Shown: in pieces, positions 1 through 9,151 of the stretch
Numbering within the stretch: position 1 is the stretch's first letter
How the letters are laid out: the number at the start of each line of letters is the position of its first letter
Virus record (IMG/VR): IMGVR_UViG_3300005326_000038
Span: 1-35,354 of that record
Origin: a virus
Lineage: Duplodnaviria > Caudoviricetes
DNA length: 35,354 nt
Reading direction: 5' to 3' (one strand)
Made by a program: the position numbers and the translations under genes
Notes under the pieces: generated by a model
Database searches by the model: none
Told to the model about the DNA's origin: nothing
What the model saw: the letters and a program-made list of their open reading frames with translations, nothing else

Positions 1-123
1 ACGTAAGTGTCGTATTCGTCTTTTGCCCCACTCGGTAATGAGTTTAAATACCCAATGCCTGATAGGTCTAACGAGCGCGTAATCGTTCCGTCAGTGGACG
101 TGATAGTCAGCGGTGAAAATGAC
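1..123. repeat. 123-bp exact terminal direct repeat, copy 1 (circular-assembly overlap)
   Basis: acgtaagtgt...gaaaatgac at 1-123 is identical to 35232-35354 and lies inside an ORF that reads through the junction. Confidence 0.95.
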
Positions 124-3107
124 TGCAACCCAGCGGTGCGGTAGTAGTCGGTGATGTCGTACATACGGACATAATCGACTTCCATAACAGCATTTGTTGC
201 ATTGGTAGTGTTAGCATAAGATTGCTTAACGTATAATCTTGTATTTTCAGTAAATGTTTCGCCAACATTAAAAACATAACTAATGTTATACCATGTATTT
301 TGTGTTGGATTTAATTGAATATCTACCTCGTATAAAGGAGTACCGCCGCCATCTCTTAAAATAAAAGATAATTTAGTACATAGTGTATTTGTTACTCTGA
401 CTCTTGCAACAACATATAATGTAGTGCTAATAACGGGATTATATGAAATCAAATTATATGTTTGTCCAAATATTGATGTTCCATCTGCTGTATTTTGTAA
501 ATAACCACCAGTAAGCCAAACATTAGTGGAATTATTAGCCAGCCACCCCGTAGTATCTGTCGCAAACTCCCCGTTACTAACCTTATTCGTCTGCCCGCCA
601 GCGATAGCCTTAGCAACAATCTCGGCCGTTGTGTCGTAGTCGCCGAGATAAGCACTGACTTGTGAAGCGGTTTTATCGTGATAGTGAATACCATCGGGTG
701 CGGTATTAGCAAGCGTCAAGTCGATAACTGAAATGTTTTTTAAAAGAATTGCAGTCCAACCACTAGCCCTTGCGTCCTTGATGTAAAAATAATAACTTCC
801 GCTCGCACCTGCAGTGCCAATAACTGATAAAGTTTCATAACCAGCGCTTGCCGAGTGAGAAACGGTTGCAAAGTCCGTAGAGCCATCATTAAGATAAAAT
901 GAAACAGCGTTACTTGCTACACTTGCGGTAACTTTAATGTGATAAACGTGACCAGAAATAAGCGTGATAGCCTGTTTCAGTGTTCCGTTTTGAGCGGTTG
1001 CGGTAAACGAACCAACATTTCCAGTTACAGTAAATGTGCCGCTTGTCGCCGTCCAATTCGCCGTATTGATGAAATTGCCGTTCTTGATGAGCTGCGCGAC
1101 CGTCAAGCCGTTTAGGCGTATCTCATTTAATCTTCCGTTCCAGTACGCGTCGCTGACTGGCGTGCCGTCTACGATGTCACCGAGCAGTGCTGGCGACATG
1201 CGACTGTGCGACTCGTTAAGATTCGCGTCATCGAGCGTGCCGATGTTGGCGTTGAGCGTTACGATGTCGGCTTGTGCTTGGTCGATATCGGCGTCTTGCA
1301 CGATGTCGTTGGCTTCAAGAACCGCGACTCTGTCCTCTACGGCTTTGATTTCTTCGTAGGTATAGTGTAATAATCCAGTGGTCTCGTCATAGACTCCGAA
1401 CGTTTTATCTGCGAGCAAGTTATGAATTTCGCCACCGATAATTTCGGTATATTTTAACAACGATGCCGTCGCACTTTCCATGCCGCCCTTGACGATACCA
1501 GCGACCGAGTCTGATGCGGCCGACACACTTTCTTGCCCCTCGTCAACCCAGTGCGAGGTTGTACCGTTATATTGCCAGACGTGATAATCAACGTCATCAC
1601 CAATACCTTTATCATACACGACATCGCCGCCCGTTGGCGTATATTCAGCACCACCGACACCAGCGACAATCGAGGCGTTAATAACGATATCTCTCGCGCT
1701 TGCCGATAATGCGGCTAACGTTGCTGTGAGTTCATCGACGACACCGTACGGGTCGCCGCGACTCGTCAGGCCGTCTACACGGCTCGTGAGCGCTGCAACC
1801 AGCGCGCGAATGTAAGCGTGAGCGGTGTTCGCCTCGACTGTGCCGTTATGCGTTGCGATGTAAGCGTCGACCATCGCTTTTGTCGGTGTATTATTCTCAC
1901 CGACCGATGTTACATAAGTCGGGTTGAGGTACGCGCCGTCCTTGTTCAATTTAGCGTAGACGTAACCGTTGTATAGGATTTCGACGGCGGCGTTAGTCTT
2001 ATCAATTTTAACGCCGATTGATAACGGATTTGACGTTGGTAAGAAATACGTGTCACCCTGAAATTGATTTTGACCTGTGAGCACGTTATTACCAGCGAGC
2101 GTCGGTCGTAATGCGTCCGCAGCGTCCATTTGCCCCTTAGTGGCACCGTCAGTATCTAATACGCCATCGGCCATGTCGGTTATCTTCGTCTGGTCCATAT
2201 CAAGCCCATCGCCACCGATTGTCAGTGACGATAATCCAGTAGTGCCATGCACGGTCAGGTTGCCTGAGATGTCCGCGTTGCCGTTGACGTCCAAATCCGT
2301 GATGGGCGTTGTGCCGTCAAGCACTTTGGCAATTTCCGCCGCGAGAACCTCGTCAGATTTTAACTTGGAATAAATCGGTGTGTCTTTATCGACGCCAGCC
2401 GTTTCCTCAGATGTCGTGCCGACTACCGCCGACACGCTGACCTTGGCCGCGGTCATGGCCGTGTTATTATTCACAATTTCTTGTATGATTAATTCAGTGC
2501 TGCTCGGCGTGTGCGACGGGTCGCCAGTCGAGATACCCGCCTCGAGTCCGAAATCTGCGGTACTCGTCGGGTCCTTGGTAACGTACGCGATGTGCTGCGA
2601 CAGGTAATCTTCCCAGCCGTTAACGTCATCGAATACCCAGTCGGTATCGGTGTCGAGCACGCGCACATAATCGCCGTCGAGTGCTGACGGGAAATCCGCC
2701 TCGAGGAACGCGACGATATCGAGCACGACCTCGGTATTATACTGACGTACGCCCAGCACCTCGTCACCGAGATACCAGAACTCAGTTAGAAATCTCAACC
2801 CCGTACATTTCATAAGCGACATGTCGTTTAACACAGCGCCCGGAATCCGTGCCGACCAGTGCGAGTATACCACACCCCCCACGGTAACTTGGTCGATATA
2901 ACCCATGACGAGGCGCTCGGTCGGTAACAGGCGCGGATTTGTCACGCCGTTTTTCAGACCTTGCAAGATAAAATATGCAGCGTTGTGCGTTGACACGGGC
3001 GCATAAATCTCGATGGTGTTCGCCTGCTCAGCGAACGCGCGGATCGGCTGCGTGGTCTGCGACTTGATTGTTAAATCCTCGTTATAATAAATAGTGTTTA
3101 TATTCAT
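1..3107 (-). CDS. 5' part of a ~1480-aa tail fibre/receptor-binding protein (continues across the circular junction to 33896)
   Basis: GGAGG RBS, then ATG at 3107 (MNINTIYYNEDLTIKSQTTQPIRAFAEQANTIEIY...). The frame runs off the left end, so the ORF track missed it. It is in frame with 33896..35209 (3107+1336=4443 nt=1481 codons). Contains a coiled coil (IKAVEDRVAVLEAND) and two CBM-like modules (LIKNGNF..., KVSNGEFATDTTGW...). Confidence 0.85.
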   Translation of the reverse strand, partial: MNINTIYYNEDLTIKSQTTQPIRAFAEQANTIEIYAPVSTHNAAYFILQGLKNGVTNPRLLPTERLVMGYIDQVTVGGVVYSHWSARIPGAVLNDMSLMKCTGLRFLTEFWYLGDEVLGVRQYNTEVVLDIVAFLEADFPSALDGDYVRVLDTDTDWVFDDVNGWEDYLSQHIAYVTKDPTSTADFGLEAGISTGDPSHTPSSTELIIQEIVNNNTAMTAAKVSVSAVVGTTSEETAGVDKDTPIYSKLKSDEVLAAEIAKVLDGTTPITDLDVNGNADISGNLTVHGTTGLSSLTIGGDGLDMDQTKITDMADGVLDTDGATKGQMDAADALRPTLAGNNVLTGQNQFQGDTYFLPTSNPLSIGVKIDKTNAAVEILYNGYVYAKLNKDGAYLNPTYVTSVGENNTPTKAMVDAYIATHNGTVEANTAHAYIRALVAALTSRVDGLTSRGDPYGVVDELTATLAALSASARDIVINASIVAGVGGAEYTPTGGDVVYDKGIGDDVDYHVWQYNGTTSHWVDEGQESVSAASDSVAGIVKGGMESATASLLKYTEIIGGEIHNLLADKTFGVYDETTGLLHYTYEEIKAVEDRVAVLEANDIVQDADIDQAQADIVTLNANIGTLDDANLNESHSRMSPALLGDIVDGTPVSDAYWNGRLNEIRLNGLTVAQLIKNGNFINTANWTATSGTFTVTGNVGSFTATAQNGTLKQAITLISGHVYHIKVTASVASNAVSFYLNDGSTDFATVSHSASAGYETLSVIGTAGASGSYYFYIKDARASGWTAILLKNISVIDLTLANTAPDGIHYHDKTASQVSAYLGDYDTTAEIVAKAIAGGQTNKVSNGEFATDTTGWLANNSTNVWLTGGYLQNTADGTSIFGQTYNLISYNPVISTTLYVVARVRVTNTLCTKLSFILRDGGGTPLYEVDIQLNPTQNTWYNISYVFNVGETFTENTRLYVKQSYANTTNATNAVMEVDYVRMYDITDYYRTAGLQSFSPLTITSTDGTITRSLDLSGIGYLNSLPSGAKDEYDTY

Positions 3108-3196
3108 TTTTTAACCTCCGTAGTCTGAGTCGGCGGTGTGGGGCGTGGCTTGTTAACCACGCCGACCGCTGTGATATTAATTTTTATTTTGTCCAT
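3104..3196 (-). CDS. putative 30-aa peptide MDKIKINITAVGVVNKPRPTPPTQTTEVKK
   Basis: fills the intergenic gap; its TGA overlaps the fibre ATG (ATGA); weak RBS. Confidence 0.4.
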   Translation of the reverse strand: MDKIKINITAVGVVNKPRPTPPTQTTEVKK

Positions 3197-3205
3197 GTTC
3201 TCACA

Positions 3206-3535
3206 CTACGAAATCGAGATTGTTAAATCCGTGAGTGTGAACGTGCCTGCGTTCGTGTACGAGTACGGGGTAGGAAATTCATAATATGCCACATACGTTG
3301 TATCATGATATAACCCGACAGCCTGTACGACTTCACTGGCGTCAATAGCAAATACAATTTCAGCGTCAGACATCGCAACCGATGCGCCAGCACTCGTTCC
3401 TGCGGCTGCAGCAAAGTTAATTGTCTGTTTTGTCTTTTCAACAACGTTGGTAAATAATGACACCTTGTTAATTCCGTTCGTTGCATCCGTGAGTAAATCG
3501 AGCGTTAATTCATAACCTAATTCTTGAAATGCCAT
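3206..3535 (-). CDS. small beta-rich virion/tail-fibre-associated protein (109 aa)
   Basis: GGAGG RBS; all-beta composition ending GTFTLTDLTISIS; lies in the tail module. Confidence 0.6.
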   Translation of the reverse strand: MAFQELGYELTLDLLTDATNGINKVSLFTNVVEKTKQTINFAAAAGTSAGASVAMSDAEIVFAIDASEVVQAVGLYHDTTYVAYYEFPTPYSYTNAGTFTLTDLTISIS

Positions 3536-3549
3536 TTTTCATTTTCCTC

Positions 3550-3861
3550 CTATGAAAATATTTTATTGAGTTTTTCTTGCGTTGCAATCGTGCAGTTATT
3601 ATCTAATACGTTACTGTTAATAGTGTATATGTAATATATCTCAGTTGCCTCATCGTAATATACCGCTAAGTCATTTTCAGGGAAAACAATTAAGTGAGTA
3701 ACATACACTAACTTGCTTCTAGTGATACCGTTGAACATTTCAATTTGTATAGGCTGTGGTATTTTTTCCATACGTTCATAATAAGGCGTTACCGTTGTCG
3801 TGGTTGTTTTATCTGTGCACGATACTAACAATAATGCAATAATAATAATTATTTTTTTCAT
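3550..3861 (-). CDS. lipoprotein (possible superinfection-exclusion moron)
   Basis: MKKIIIIIALLLVSC signal peptide/lipobox followed by a Thr-rich linker; AT-rich relative to neighbours. Confidence 0.7.
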   Translation of the reverse strand: MKKIIIIIALLLVSCTDKTTTTTVTPYYERMEKIPQPIQIEMFNGITRSKLVYVTHLIVFPENDLAVYYDEATEIYYIYTINSNVLDNNCTIATQEKLNKIFS

Positions 3862-3871
3862 TTTGCACCTC

Positions 3872-6700
3872 TTAAATTATACATCTGTAATACGTGTATA
3901 CTGGCGGTAAGTCGCCGTCTGATAATTTGAACACGCTGTCATAATACGCTGCTGTCGGTGCTGGCAAGCCCGTACCGATATAGTCGTAATATCCGGGGTC
4001 TGATATCTCAATCCAGTAATACTGTGCCTTAACTCCAGTAACCGCTGTCGAGATACTCATTGGCAACGTTGCTGTGCCATATTCGTACTGATAAATAACC
4101 TGTATGCCGTACGCTAATACATCAATTTCAAGTGCGAGTGCCGCGTCATCCGTATAGTTATATTGCAGTGTGCCTGATGCAGATACGTTAATAGTCAACT
4201 CTAATTCAGCCGTGTCATTACGCCATACTGGCATATATCCAAATGCTGATACGTCAATATTGAGTGATAAATACGCGCCGTCTGCCACGTTGCTCGATGT
4301 TACAACATCACGTAGTCTGCGAGATAATAATGCTGTGTAAATAGTTGTTGTGTCGTTGTTGCCTGCAATTATGATCTCGCCGTTATAAACCAACGCCCAG
4401 TACGTCATGTCCGATGCCGACGATACCGTGAGCACGTGTGTCGTGCGCAGATAATCAACGACGGGTGATGTCGCCACCGTGTCGTACGAGCGGATACGCT
4501 TGTCGATAGCGGTGTACGGCTTCGTGCTGACATACAGTGTTACTGTCGGTGCTGAGCCGTATTCCATAATGAGATTATTATATTTCGTGAACGCCGGCCC
4601 GATAATGATGTCATCAGGGCTGTCGGTCACGCACATAATTTGATACGTGATACCGAATCCAGCGTTAATATCCTTGTCCGCTGGGAATATCTCGCGCGAC
4701 ATATACGTCGTACCAGCGAGCGCCACGAGTGGATAATATTTACGTAGTGCCGTGTCCGTCAGGTGTGTCACACCGTCCGAGAGCACGTACGAGAAGTCCG
4801 TCATGCCGGCCGTCTCATCGACATAGATTATCGGGTCTTTATACCACGCACCGTTATCTTTCACCATACCGTTACCGGCTATCTGTGGGTGAGTTATCTG
4901 CGCGTGCATCGCGATGAGTGGTCCGTTACCGCTGACGAGCAACGGTAAATTAAGAGCCTTATTTGTGCCAAATTTATCGAGTAACGGATATGGTACTAAG
5001 TTACCAACATGCACAGGTAAGTCGTAAATTGTCGCCCAGTCCAGCACGTTCGTTAATACGTTGTGCGCCGTTGCTGTTAATTCGGTATCACTGTCATGCG
5101 CTTCCTTGCTAAATTGTAGGTAGCGCGTATATATAAGATTTGTCTGTACGCGCTTTTCAGTAAATGCGAACGGTGACGGCTCACGCGATACAGCATATTC
5201 GCCGTTAATATTCGCGTAGTCTGTGGCAAAATCCGCAAGGCACGTGATGATATTTTTATCGATGCTGTACCTGATATCGATAATAACGCCGTAACTGGAA
5301 TAATCGTGCAATCGCCACCAGTCGCCGTCAGCGAGGTTGAACGTCTGTGTAAATCTGTATATCGGATGTCCGATTCTCTGCGCGAGCATCGACGCCGATT
5401 CCTGATAACGCTGTAACTCGACGATACTGTCTTTTTGTGGTGATAATATCGTCGTGTCGCTCATCGCACCCATGCTGTGCTTCTCAACCGTAAAATCAAT
5501 ATCGCGCTTCGGCTGATATCTAAATCTGCACTCGATATCCTCGGTGTCGAGGACGCCACCATCCACTGTAATCGACCATCCAAGGTCTCCCGATATGAGG
5601 TCGGCATACTGCACGCGTGCTGACTCACGGATAAACTGATAAATCGCGTTATATAAATGCGTAATATCTTGATTAAATATCACACCGTCATAGATACTAA
5701 ATAATCCCTCAATGGTTGTGCCACCGATATTATAATATACTGTGTTCTGCTTCCATAGCGTTAGTGCGCTCACACCATCCCACTCATACCGCGGATTTTG
5801 CGTTATCGTGTTCGTTAGCAGTGCGTCGTATGCGTCGCTCGGTAAACACGCTCGCGTGAAATCAACGATTACGTCAACGTCTGTTAATACGTCAAGCACG
5901 CTGATTTTACACGGTATTGTCGCCACCGCTTCATATATCATGCCGATTTTACTATCAAATTCAAATTGTAAATCGCTTGTTTTAAATAGTGTGTTCTTCG
6001 TCCGCGGTGTCATCCACGTGTCGGCCGACGGAATATATATACCCACCCCATCCTCGCGGATAGCGTTACGCGCTTGAATTTTAACCGATGTGGCATATTC
6101 AATATCGTTGCTGTCTGACTGCTCTGTCTCAGCTGAGACAATAATAGGGTCTCTCAGTGTCGTGTACGCGTCCGTGTCAATTTTCCAGACGATATCATAA
6201 TATACTCTCGGTACCACGTCCGCACGTCTGAATAAGTCCGTTATAATCTGAGCCATGTTCACGCCTGAATATTCCTTATTCGGCATCGTGAGCGCGTATA
6301 TCGGGTCTGCTGGATTATATAGCATCAACGTTATACCGTGATAGAATTCCAACTCACGCTGATATATTGCCATGATCTCGCCGATGGTGTACGCTGGCAC
6401 CCGTGTGAACGAGCGGTCAGCGGGCCATACCGTTTTAAATCTCAGCAGGCAGTCCATGAGCGCGATATCATGCTCGTACCAGCCGTTACGCACCGTGACA
6501 GGCGTGTCAGCCTGCACGACATAATGCAACACGTTAGCGTTCATATATATATCTACGACGTCGTTAACCTCATATCGAGCCTGACGTGTTGATAATATTT
6601 TCACAGTGCCATATACAGGCTCGCCCTTGCTGTTAGTCTCAGCGATGATTGTACCAGTGGCCTCGACTGTCACGCCGTTAATTTTTACTGATATTGCCAC
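3872..6700 (-). CDS. baseplate hub/tail-tip protein, 942 aa, with four C-terminal beta repeats
   Basis: position and size; hub-like N-terminus (MAISVKINGV...YEHDIALMD); C-terminal ~22-aa repeats. Confidence 0.6.
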   Translation of the reverse strand: MAISVKINGVTVEATGTIIAETNSKGEPVYGTVKILSTRQARYEVNDVVDIYMNANVLHYVVQADTPVTVRNGWYEHDIALMDCLLRFKTVWPADRSFTRVPAYTIGEIMAIYQRELEFYHGITLMLYNPADPIYALTMPNKEYSGVNMAQIITDLFRRADVVPRVYYDIVWKIDTDAYTTLRDPIIVSAETEQSDSNDIEYATSVKIQARNAIREDGVGIYIPSADTWMTPRTKNTLFKTSDLQFEFDSKIGMIYEAVATIPCKISVLDVLTDVDVIVDFTRACLPSDAYDALLTNTITQNPRYEWDGVSALTLWKQNTVYYNIGGTTIEGLFSIYDGVIFNQDITHLYNAIYQFIRESARVQYADLISGDLGWSITVDGGVLDTEDIECRFRYQPKRDIDFTVEKHSMGAMSDTTILSPQKDSIVELQRYQESASMLAQRIGHPIYRFTQTFNLADGDWWRLHDYSSYGVIIDIRYSIDKNIITCLADFATDYANINGEYAVSREPSPFAFTEKRVQTNLIYTRYLQFSKEAHDSDTELTATAHNVLTNVLDWATIYDLPVHVGNLVPYPLLDKFGTNKALNLPLLVSGNGPLIAMHAQITHPQIAGNGMVKDNGAWYKDPIIYVDETAGMTDFSYVLSDGVTHLTDTALRKYYPLVALAGTTYMSREIFPADKDINAGFGITYQIMCVTDSPDDIIIGPAFTKYNNLIMEYGSAPTVTLYVSTKPYTAIDKRIRSYDTVATSPVVDYLRTTHVLTVSSASDMTYWALVYNGEIIIAGNNDTTTIYTALLSRRLRDVVTSSNVADGAYLSLNIDVSAFGYMPVWRNDTAELELTINVSASGTLQYNYTDDAALALEIDVLAYGIQVIYQYEYGTATLPMSISTAVTGVKAQYYWIEISDPGYYDYIGTGLPAPTAAYYDSVFKLSDGDLPPVYTYYRCII

Positions 6701-6701
6701 A

Positions 6702-7139
6702 CTAATACACCCCCGTTGCCCCCATATTTATCCGTGCGCCTCTCAGAGCGTTATTACGCTCTGTGGCTCTGTTATCGCGTGTTACTGCTCTCTGGCGCTG
6801 TATTTCCCCGATGGTCGCCCCGACTGCTATCGTGCCAGCCGCAGCGAGTCCGCCGACGAGTATCGCTCCGCCGAGCCCAATACCCGTTATTAAATTGTTT
6901 ATGTCGTTCTGCAATACCTCATTACCGCTCGTGGCGGCTATCTCAGTGCGCAGCACGCCGATAGCACGCTGAGCTACGACAGCACCCACTGCGAGCGCCG
7001 CGCTCGTCTGGACGGATATGCCCCGACCAGCCTGCGGACCGAGTGCGTCGGACGTCGGTGACTCAGGGCTGTGCGGGTCGTCGCCCGGTATGGATTTATA
7101 AGCATATAAATTATATGTCGAACGGTCGAATGATACCAT
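6702..7139 (-). CDS. Gly/Ala-rich hydrophobic protein, putative miniature tape-measure/ejection protein (145 aa)
   Basis: occupies the tape-measure slot; GIGLGGAILVGGLAAAGTIAVGATIG segment followed by a basic helix. Confidence 0.45.
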   Translation of the reverse strand: MVSFDRSTYNLYAYKSIPGDDPHSPESPTSDALGPQAGRGISVQTSAALAVGAVVAQRAIGVLRTEIAATSGNEVLQNDINNLITGIGLGGAILVGGLAAAGTIAVGATIGEIQRQRAVTRDNRATERNNALRGARINMGATGVY

Positions 7140-7142
7140 ATT

Positions 7143-7970
7143 TTATGCCTCCACGAAAACGCAGGTGAGGCGCTTAACGCCGTTAATAGTCTGCGTCTCT
7201 GTTGCCTGCTGACACGTCATCGTCCACGACTTGACGCGCGACGGCGTGACGCCTGCGAACGTGTCCGTGACCGTGTACGTGGTCGTGAGCGACGATTTAC
7301 CGTCAACCTCATCCAGTAACGCTGTCTCGCCGTTATAATTGAACGTGAGGCTGATAACAACCGCACGGCCGATGGGCTTGTTGTAGTCGTTCGCGGTCGA
7401 CGATTTCACGTCACCAGTATAATATCTGCGTGTCGACGTCTTCGTCGCGCTGATAATATCCAGCGTGCTCGCACCGACCGTCCACGTGGACTGCTGACCG
7501 TAATTACCATGGCCGAGTTCTGTGACGTTCATCGTGACTGTAACTAATAAAAATTTACTGTTACCCAGTTGCACCATACCATTTATTTTCGGCGGTGTGG
7601 TCTTGAACGCATATTTGTGTGTGTCGGTCATCGTCACGACCGCGCCTTGCAGTGTGTCGGTGACCGCTTTTATATGCCCGTAACCGAGATCGACTGTCGA
7701 GTCGTATATCAACCCAGCAACGCGCACGAGTACGCCGAACGATACCAGCCAGTCGTAGCGGTGATTATCCTCGACGAACGGCACGGCCTCCGCGACCTGC
7801 AACGCCACTGGGGAATATTCCACAGCTTCCTTGACGAGTTTACCAGTCACGGTGTCGTAGGCAGTTAATGCCTCGTCGTGTAGTTGAAATAAAAAGTCAC
7901 CACGGTACGACGAGCCGTCCGTGTTAGCGTTCAACTGCGCTACGAAATAATCATATATTTCTTTAACCAT
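7143..7970 (-). CDS. tail protein, possibly a fused terminator + tube domain (275 aa)
   Basis: follows the HK97-gp10-like gene; N-half has a terminator-like pattern; C-half is Thr-rich and beta-like, ending VKRLTCVFVEA. Confidence 0.45.
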   Translation of the reverse strand: MVKEIYDYFVAQLNANTDGSSYRGDFLFQLHDEALTAYDTVTGKLVKEAVEYSPVALQVAEAVPFVEDNHRYDWLVSFGVLVRVAGLIYDSTVDLGYGHIKAVTDTLQGAVVTMTDTHKYAFKTTPPKINGMVQLGNSKFLLVTVTMNVTELGHGNYGQQSTWTVGASTLDIISATKTSTRRYYTGDVKSSTANDYNKPIGRAVVISLTFNYNGETALLDEVDGKSSLTTTYTVTDTFAGVTPSRVKSWTMTCQQATETQTINGVKRLTCVFVEA

Positions 7971-8298
7971 TATACCCGCCTCCTGACTGCACTATATCCA
8001 GCGCACCCTGCTTCAACATATCTGTCGAGCCACGCCGTCTTACCTTCTCGCTCATACCAGCCGAGTCCGCGCCGTATAATAACGCGCCGACCGTCTGCTG
8101 TGAGATAAATCCTTTATTTTTAACTGAGAAAATTGTACCTTCCTCATTATACACGATATAATTTACTCGCTCGGTGTCGTAGCGCGCTAACAGGAAATGC
8201 TCGGTCTCGTAAAACGACGCGCCGTTTAAAAACATATTACCCGTATCGTATGGCATATTTCCCACGACGATATCGCGGAATTCGCCGAGATTCATCAC
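7963..8298 (-). CDS. HK97 gp10-like neck/tail-completion protein
   Basis: motifs PYDTGN and YIVYNEEGT resemble the family P(V)DTG(N)L and YAxYVEYGT motifs. Confidence 0.65.
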   Translation of the reverse strand: MMNLGEFRDIVVGNMPYDTGNMFLNGASFYETEHFLLARYDTERVNYIVYNEEGTIFSVKNKGFISQQTVGALLYGADSAGMSEKVRRRGSTDMLKQGALDIVQSGGGYNG

Positions 8299-8615
8299 GT
8301 CGTAACTATTACGCGGTCAACGTGTCCGGCACCACGTCTGGAATTATTATCGCCCGCGACGTAACGCTTCTCGGGTACCTCGGTTATGCGTACCGTCTGG
8401 TTATCGGCGTTAATGATCGTGTCATCAACCTTGAAATCAATATCGGCGTCGGTGATATACCGCCCGCCTGTACCCCTGATATTCATGCCGAGAATAACCG
8501 ACAGCGAGCGTTGCTCGTTGAGCGCGTTGGCATAAAATACTGTCTGCTCCCCGTACTCATCAACGTGCGTGAGGCGCAGGTTATTATATTTCGGTTTAGT
8601 TCTCACTGATTTCAC
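8295..8615 (-). CDS. putative head-closure (stopper) protein
   Basis: synteny; beta-rich with DIDFKVDDTII motif. Confidence 0.5.
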   Translation of the reverse strand: MKSVRTKPKYNNLRLTHVDEYGEQTVFYANALNEQRSLSVILGMNIRGTGGRYITDADIDFKVDDTIINADNQTVRITEVPEKRYVAGDNNSRRGAGHVDRVIVTT

Positions 8616-9072
8616 CCGCCGTATACGTGAAATTCAGGTCGTAGTCGCGTTTCTCGCTCGGGTCCAGTAAATCTGCCTGACGGAGTTCCTGATACACCGT
8701 AGGTGGCATTACGTCCTTAGGGTTGTCAATATACGCGTTCAGGTCCATACCTGACTCGATAGCGCCCTTGACCGCCTCAACCATGGCGAGCATGAGGACG
8801 GTAACTTCTTCCTGTGCGTTATCATAAATTTTCTTGCGCATGTATTTTTTATGTATGAATTTATCCTTCGCGCGCCGTTGGTCGTAAATTAACCGATAGA
8901 CCGCGTGACTGATAACCTTAATCGCTTTATTAACATCGGCGCCGTTCTTGCCCAAAATATTGCGGATTTCCCCGTCGCTGTATGTGGTGTAATTGGTAAT
9001 CGCGTCAATATTGATATAGTATTCTTGCAAATCCATATCATATTTTATATACGTACTCGTTGCTAATGCCAT
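8596..9072 (-). CDS. putative head-tail adaptor
   Basis: helical 158-aa protein immediately after the major capsid gene; GGGAGG RBS. Confidence 0.5.
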   Translation of the reverse strand: MALATSTYIKYDMDLQEYYINIDAITNYTTYSDGEIRNILGKNGADVNKAIKVISHAVYRLIYDQRRAKDKFIHKKYMRKKIYDNAQEEVTVLMLAMVEAVKGAIESGMDLNAYIDNPKDVMPPTVYQELRQADLLDPSEKRDYDLNFTYTAGEISEN

Positions 9073-9109
9073 GGTGTGTTACCTCCCGATTATGTGATTA
9101 TATAAATCA

Positions 9110-9137
9110 AGGGGCAAGGGTCAAGCCCTTACCCCCT
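9110..9137 (-). terminator. hairpin after the major capsid gene (partial terminator/mRNA stabiliser)
   Basis: aggggcaaggg-tcaag-cccttaccccct inverted repeat, followed on the minus strand by a T-rich tract. Confidence 0.6.
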
Positions 9138-9151
9138 GTGTGATAATAATG

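Noticed and set aside
1-3107. Apparent 3-kb gene-poor region suggesting recoding, a pseudogene or ncRNA
   Set aside because: It is explained by an ORF running off the window edge; TGA, TAA and TAG all serve as stops elsewhere, so there is no alternative code.
3132-3170. Hairpin gcggt..ggcgtgg/ccacgcc..accgc as a riboswitch or ncRNA
   Set aside because: It is short, matches no family I recognise, and may simply be an mRNA hairpin within the 30-aa ORF.
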